From Candidatus Eiseniibacteriota bacterium (GTDB lineage Bacteria; Eisenbacteria; RBG-16-71-46), in assembly GCA_963776245.1 (NCBI GenBank), contig CAVZLN010000003.1:448001-512000 (forward strand): a stretch of DNA of 64,000 bases, written 5' to 3'. The notes below the pieces were generated by a model that was not told where the DNA came from, did no database searches, and worked only from the letters and a program-made list of their open reading frames with translations. The first letter of the stretch is position 1; every line of letters begins with the position of its first letter. Below, piece by piece: positions 59,312 to 64,000 of the stretch. The translations under genes and the position numbers were made by a program.

Positions 59312-60642
59312 AGCCGGGTCCCCTCATGGAAGAACATGGTCGCCGGGGGTGCGGGCCCGTCGAGCGCGTCCTTCGCCTCGTCGAGCATCGCCTCCCACGT
59401 CGGCTCGGACACGTCGGCGCCACCCAGCCCCGCGAACGCGCCGATGATGCGCGGCGGCGAGTCGAGGTCGGACAGCGCGTCGGCGATGTCGAGCGTGAGG
59501 TGGCCGCGCCCGTGGTGATGCGCCTGGTTGACGACCAGCACGATGCTGGCCTTCTTGAGCCGCTCGCGCACGGCGTCGCGCGGGAACGGGGTGAGCAGCC
59601 CCATGGCCAGCCCCGCGACCTTCACGCCGTTGGTCCTGGCCCAGTCCGCGTACAGCGCCTCGAAGGTGCCGAAGTCCGGGCCCATGCCCACGACCGCGAT
59701 GTCCACCACGCCGTCGTCGGGCCAGCCCATGGCTTCGAAGAACGCGAGCCCCGGGCGTCCGAAGGTCGCCTGGAAGTCCGCGCCGAGCTTCGGCAGCACG
59801 TCGAGCACGTTATTCATGCGCCGCTTCTGCGCCACCTTGAAGCCCTGGAAATGGCGCGACGTGACGCAATTGCCCATCGCGGTGTCGCCATTGATCAGCC
59901 CCGGCAGCGGGCACGGCTGGATCCAGCGATCCTGGAACGCATGGATCGCGGCGTCCGGCTCGGCGATGAACCGTGCATTGCGATGGCTGTCCTTGATGCC
60001 GTAGTAGCCCGGCATGGTCGGGGTGAGCACGTCGGGATGCATGCCGAGGCACGGCGCCTGGAGGATGGTGTCGTAGATCTGCTGCTTGCCGCGCGCGCAG
60101 ATCTGGATCAGCCCGTCGTCGCGGTGCGCGAGGGTGTCGGACGGATCGCCCTCGATGCACAACGGGAAGTTCGCGGTCGCACGGTAGACGTCGATGAGCA
60201 CGATGTTGCCGAGCCCGGACGCGCCCATCGAGCGCGTGGTCTCGGTCATGTGGTCGAGGCCGACGCTGCTGGTGGCGGTCGGGAAGATCAAGTCCCGGCA
60301 CGCCGCCGCGGCGCCGACCATGTAGTCGGCCACGGCGTGCTCGGCCTCCATCAACTTGATGCGCTTCAGTCCGCCGGGCTGGTTGGCGATCTGTGCCGCC
60401 ACCGTCTCGATCCACTTGGTGGAGGGCGTGATCGGGAACCCGGCGAAGATCACCGCGCGCCACATCTGAAGCGTGGCGATGGCCGCGGCGGTGTTGCCGT
60501 CGGCGGTCACCGACTCGCGCTGGGTGTAGAGCGGGATGTGCCGGGCCTTGACCTTCTCCAGCCGGACCGAGTCGTCGTAACGCTCGCCGGAGGGAGTCGA
60601 GACGTGCGGCATCACCTGCAGGGTGCTTTCGGGCGCGCTCAT
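59308..60642 (-). CDS. 2-oxoacid:ferredoxin oxidoreductase alpha subunit
   Basis: DGNTAAA, FPITPST, EAEH, TATSSVGL, GLGGAD. Confidence 0.88.
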   Translation of the reverse strand: MSAPESTLQVMPHVSTPSGERYDDSVRLEKVKARHIPLYTQRESVTADGNTAAAIATLQMWRAVIFAGFPITPSTKWIETVAAQIANQPGGLKRIKLMEAEHAVADYMVGAAAACRDLIFPTATSSVGLDHMTETTRSMGASGLGNIVLIDVYRATANFPLCIEGDPSDTLAHRDDGLIQICARGKQQIYDTILQAPCLGMHPDVLTPTMPGYYGIKDSHRNARFIAEPDAAIHAFQDRWIQPCPLPGLINGDTAMGNCVTSRHFQGFKVAQKRRMNNVLDVLPKLGADFQATFGRPGLAFFEAMGWPDDGVVDIAVVGMGPDFGTFEALYADWARTNGVKVAGLAMGLLTPFPRDAVRERLKKASIVLVVNQAHHHGRGHLTLDIADALSDLDSPPRIIGAFAGLGGADVSEPTWEAMLDEAKDALDGPAPPATMFFHEGTRL

Positions 60643-61607
60643 GCTCCGACCTCCTCCCACTTCTCCTCGTACGCCCCTTCTTTGAAGAGGTTCTCGGGGC
60701 ACACGGCGATGCACTCGCCGCACAGCTTGCAGAACGAACTCACGTCGGCGCCGGTGACCAGCACGCCGCGCTGCGCGTCGGGCTGCCAGCGGATGATGCC
60801 CTCGGGACACGAGGTGATGCAGTGCGAGCACCCGGTGCACGCCTGCTGCGGATCCTCGAAGACCAGCCGGAACCCGCTCTTGGCGAAGTTCGCGGTGAGG
60901 TTGGTCTGCGACAGCCGCAGTCGCGTCTGCGCGCCGACCGGCAGCTCGCCGTAGCCCTCGAACGCCGGCGCGGCGTGATCGCCGGGCCGCGATTCGTCGT
61001 ACACGCCGCTCTGGATCGCGTCGAGCGACGCCTTCAGCGCCTCGCGGTTGCGCTCGATGAGCGCGTCCGGGATGCGTCGCTTGGCGAGCATCTTGAGGAA
61101 CGCGTCCACGATCTTGTCGGGCGACAGCCCGCCGATGGCGTGCGCCATGGCGATGTACGCCGACACGTTGCCGATCGGCGCCTTGAGGTAGCGGGTGCCG
61201 ATCTCGTCGCCGGGCACCGTGAAGACTCGCCCGGAGAGGTGGAAGTGCCGCGCGCACTCGAGCGGCGAACGGCGCGTGTTGATCACGAACGTGCCGCCCA
61301 CGGGCACGCCCTGCGCGAAATCCACGCCGCGCGCCGCGGCCTCGTCCATCAGCAGTGAGATGGTCGGGCGCGTGAGTTCGCACGCCGGCGAGATGGGTTT
61401 CGAGGCCACGCGCAGGAAGGAGCGGATGTTGGCCCCACGACGCGCGGAGGAGAAGAACGGCCACTCCTGGACGTGCAACTCGGGGTCGGCGGACAGAAGT
61501 GCGGCGAGGCTCTGGAAGGCGAGCACGAGGCCGCCTCCCGCCTTGCCGTCCCCGCGAAGTTCCAGGATGGAGGCGCGGAGCACCTCCTGCGGGTCGATGG
61601 GTCTCAA
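60639..61607 (-). CDS. 2-oxoacid:ferredoxin oxidoreductase gamma subunit fused to 2x[4Fe-4S] delta domain
   Basis: GKAGGG, PFFSSARRGA, CTGCSHCITSCP, CKLCGECIAVCP; TTG start. Confidence 0.88.
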   Translation of the reverse strand: MRPIDPQEVLRASILELRGDGKAGGGLVLAFQSLAALLSADPELHVQEWPFFSSARRGANIRSFLRVASKPISPACELTRPTISLLMDEAAARGVDFAQGVPVGGTFVINTRRSPLECARHFHLSGRVFTVPGDEIGTRYLKAPIGNVSAYIAMAHAIGGLSPDKIVDAFLKMLAKRRIPDALIERNREALKASLDAIQSGVYDESRPGDHAAPAFEGYGELPVGAQTRLRLSQTNLTANFAKSGFRLVFEDPQQACTGCSHCITSCPEGIIRWQPDAQRGVLVTGADVSSFCKLCGECIAVCPENLFKEGAYEEKWEEVGA

Positions 61608-61614
61608 AGTCTCC

Positions 61615-61821
61615 TCACTTCCGCCACAGGATCGCGTGGCCCGGACAATCCGTCATGATTTTCTGCAGTTTTGGCATGTAGGAATCATCGATGTCGACGT
61701 TGTAGACTTCGGCGACCTCCTCGTCCTCGACCTTGCGGAACGCGTTCGGAAGCACCTTCATGCAGTCGCCGCATTCGGTGCAAAGGTCTGCATCGACATA
61801 GAACTCAGGCACCTTGCCCAT
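61615..61821 (-). CDS. Single-cluster ferredoxin
   Basis: CTECGDC...DCP; GGAGG RBS. Confidence 0.9.
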   Translation of the reverse strand: MGKVPEFYVDADLCTECGDCMKVLPNAFRKVEDEEVAEVYNVDIDDSYMPKLQKIMTDCPGHAILWRK

Positions 61822-61977
61822 CGCTCACACCTCCAGGTGGGGTTCGTGGATCCTGCGTCGCACGGACGCGGCCCCGGCGGTCTTGTGCATAAGTTATGCT
61901 AGGTGGTGAACCCATCGCGCTGAACCCGGCATTCGCGGTGAGGTCGATCCCCTACCCGGGACGAGAGACGAGATCAC

Positions 61978-62997
61978 ATGTCGGACTCCCATCCCAGGCT
62001 CGTCGCTCTCCCCGAGCGCGCAGTCTCCAAGCCAGTTACGCGCCGTCGCTTCCTCGCCGGACTGGGCCTGCTCGCCGGCGCCGGAGTCGCCGCTCCGTGG
62101 CTCGGACGCGCCCGTTCGCATGGGGTTGCGAGCGTGGACGTGACGCGTCCCGCGCTCGGCACCTACGTGCGCATCCTCGCGCGTCACGAGGATGACAAGC
62201 TTGCGCAGTATGCCATCGATCGAGCGTTCGAGTCGATCGCCCGTGTCGATCGTCAGCTCAGCATCCACCGCCCCGACAGCCAGGTCGCGCGCGTGAACGC
62301 CGCCGCCGGGGAGCGCGCGGTCGCCGTGGACCCCGACGTGCTCGAGGTGGTGGAGCGCGCGCGCGCCGCGTCGCGGCGCTCGCAGGGCATGTACGACCTC
62401 ACCGTCCTGCCGCTGATGCGCCTCTACGGCTTCTACCGCTCGGGACGCACGACGATGCCCGGCGACCGCGACATCGCGGCGGCGCTCGACGTCATGGGTG
62501 ATCGCCAGATCGTCGCGGACCGCGCCGCGGGCACGCTCGGACTGGCGCGCCGCGGCGCGGCGCTCGACCTCGGCTCGATCGGCAAGGGCTGGGCGGTGGA
62601 CCGCGCGGTGGACGCGCTGCGCCGCGAAGGCATCCGCTCCGCGCTGGTGGACGTGGGCCGCAACGTCTACGGCCTCGGCGTCCCCGACGAGGGGGCGCAG
62701 GGCTGGTCGGTGGGGGTCGTCCATCCGGTCACCAACGAAGTTGACCGCGTGTTCGTGCTGCGCGATGCCGCGGTCGCGACCAGTGGCAATTCCGAGCAGT
62801 CGCAGACGCTCTCGGGCGTGCGGGTCGGCCACCTGTTCGACGCGCGCCGCGGGCACCCCGCGGACGGACGCCTCTCGGCCAGCGTGCACGCTCGCACCGG
62901 GACGGACTCGGACACCGGATCCACCACCGCGTTCCTGCTCGGGCCCGCGCGCGGCGCGGACCTGCCGGAGCACCTCGGCATCCACTTCATCGGCTGA
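61978..62997 (+). CDS. apbE: FAD:protein FMN transferase
   Basis: ALGT, YDLTV, LDLGSIGKGWAVD, ATSGN, GHLFD; TRRRFL Tat-like signal. Confidence 0.92.
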   Translation: MSDSHPRLVALPERAVSKPVTRRRFLAGLGLLAGAGVAAPWLGRARSHGVASVDVTRPALGTYVRILARHEDDKLAQYAIDRAFESIARVDRQLSIHRPDSQVARVNAAAGERAVAVDPDVLEVVERARAASRRSQGMYDLTVLPLMRLYGFYRSGRTTMPGDRDIAAALDVMGDRQIVADRAAGTLGLARRGAALDLGSIGKGWAVDRAVDALRREGIRSALVDVGRNVYGLGVPDEGAQGWSVGVVHPVTNEVDRVFVLRDAAVATSGNSEQSQTLSGVRVGHLFDARRGHPADGRLSASVHARTGTDSDTGSTTAFLLGPARGADLPEHLGIHFIG

Positions 62998-63016
62998 TCA
63001 GGGACGGGGGCGGGGC

Positions 63017-64000
63017 ATGGGACACGCGGCGTTGCGCACCTTCGGCCGGGGCGGGATCCACCCCGGGCCGCACAAGGAAGCCACGTCCGCGCTGGCGATC
63101 GAGCCGCTCCCCACGCCACGCGAGGTGCGCCTGCCCCTGCTCCAGCACCTCGGCGAGCCCGGCACGCCGATCGTGAAGAAGGGCGACCTGGTGCGCCGCG
63201 GGCAGAAGATCGCCGAGGGCGGCGAGACCGGCGTGCCGCTCCATGCCACCCTCTCGGGCAAGGTCAAGCCCATCGAGCGGCACCCGCACCCGACGCTGGT
63301 GATGTCCCCGGCGATCGTCATCACGCCGGTCGCCGAGGCCGAGCCCGAGATCGAGTACGCCGAGGACGCGCACTGGCGCGAGGTCGCGCGCGACGAGGCG
63401 CTGGCACGCGTGCGCGAGGCCGGCATCGTCGGGCTCGGCGGCGCGGCGTTCCCGACCTGGCGCAAGCTGGTGTTCGCGGCCGAGGCCGAAGTGGACACGG
63501 TGGTGGTGAACGGCGCCGAGTGCGAGCCCTACCTGACCTCGGACTACCGGCTGATGCTGAGCGAGGCGGTGGCGGTGGTCGAGGGCGGCGTGGCGCTGGC
63601 GCGCGTGGTCGGCGCGGCGCGCGTGCTGTTCGGGGTCGAGTCCGACAAGCCGGACGCCGCGCAGGCGCTCGGCGCGGCGATCGCCGCGTGCCCCGCGCAC
63701 GGCGTGGCGATGCACGTCGTGGCGGTGCAGGCGCGCTACCCGCAGGGCGCCGAGAAGCAGCTGGTGCAGGCGGTCACCGGCCGCGTCGTCCCATCGCGGC
63801 AGCTGCCGCTCGCGGTCGGCGTGCTGGTGCAGAACGTCGCCACCGCGGTCGCCGTGGTCGACGCGCTGCGCTGGAGGAAGCCCCTGCTCGACCGCGTCAT
63901 GACCGTGACCGGGCCGGGCGTGAAGCGTCCGCGCAATCTGAAGGTGCCGCTCGGCACGCTGCTGTCCGAGTTGGTGGAGTACTGCGGCGGCATCACGGAC
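63017..64000 (+). CDS. rnfC: Rnf electron transport complex subunit C, 3'-partial (absent from the ORF track)
   Basis: GGIHP..HK, PLLQHLG, GIVGLGGAAFPT, NGAECEPYLTSD, YPQGAEKQL. Confidence 0.93.
   Translation, partial: MGHAALRTFGRGGIHPGPHKEATSALAIEPLPTPREVRLPLLQHLGEPGTPIVKKGDLVRRGQKIAEGGETGVPLHATLSGKVKPIERHPHPTLVMSPAIVITPVAEAEPEIEYAEDAHWREVARDEALARVREAGIVGLGGAAFPTWRKLVFAAEAEVDTVVVNGAECEPYLTSDYRLMLSEAVAVVEGGVALARVVGAARVLFGVESDKPDAAQALGAAIAACPAHGVAMHVVAVQARYPQGAEKQLVQAVTGRVVPSRQLPLAVGVLVQNVATAVAVVDALRWRKPLLDRVMTVTGPGVKRPRNLKVPLGTLLSELVEYCGGITD

Overview
Very GC-rich, gene-dense bacterial chromosome segment with no rRNA, tRNA, CRISPR array or mobile element that I could support. A secreted protein with a C-terminal FlgD-Ig domain weakly suggests an FCB-group candidate lineage such as Eisenbacteria (inference). 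In order, the window holds: a DtxR-feoA-feoB iron-uptake operon; fhs; a large Asp-box/FlgD protein; an argR-C-B-D-G-H(A) operon with tandem ARG boxes; an M14 peptidase; a full hypABCDEF set with a Ni/Co ECF transporter and a degenerate maturation protease but no hydrogenase structural genes; a Cus-type Cu/Ag efflux operon preceded by a Cys-containing RAPP-ending leader ORF; a ~14 kb respiratory island; and a ferredoxin plus 2-oxoacid:ferredoxin oxidoreductase operon divergent from apbE-rnfC. The island is two convergent operons with about 67 c-heme motifs (manual count). Its most striking feature is two paralogous Rieske/cytochrome b/9-heme cytochrome c modules. One is canonical. In the other, cytochrome b has lost both heme bH histidines and carries PPWY instead of PEWY, making it a candidate asymmetric or heterodimeric bc-type complex.
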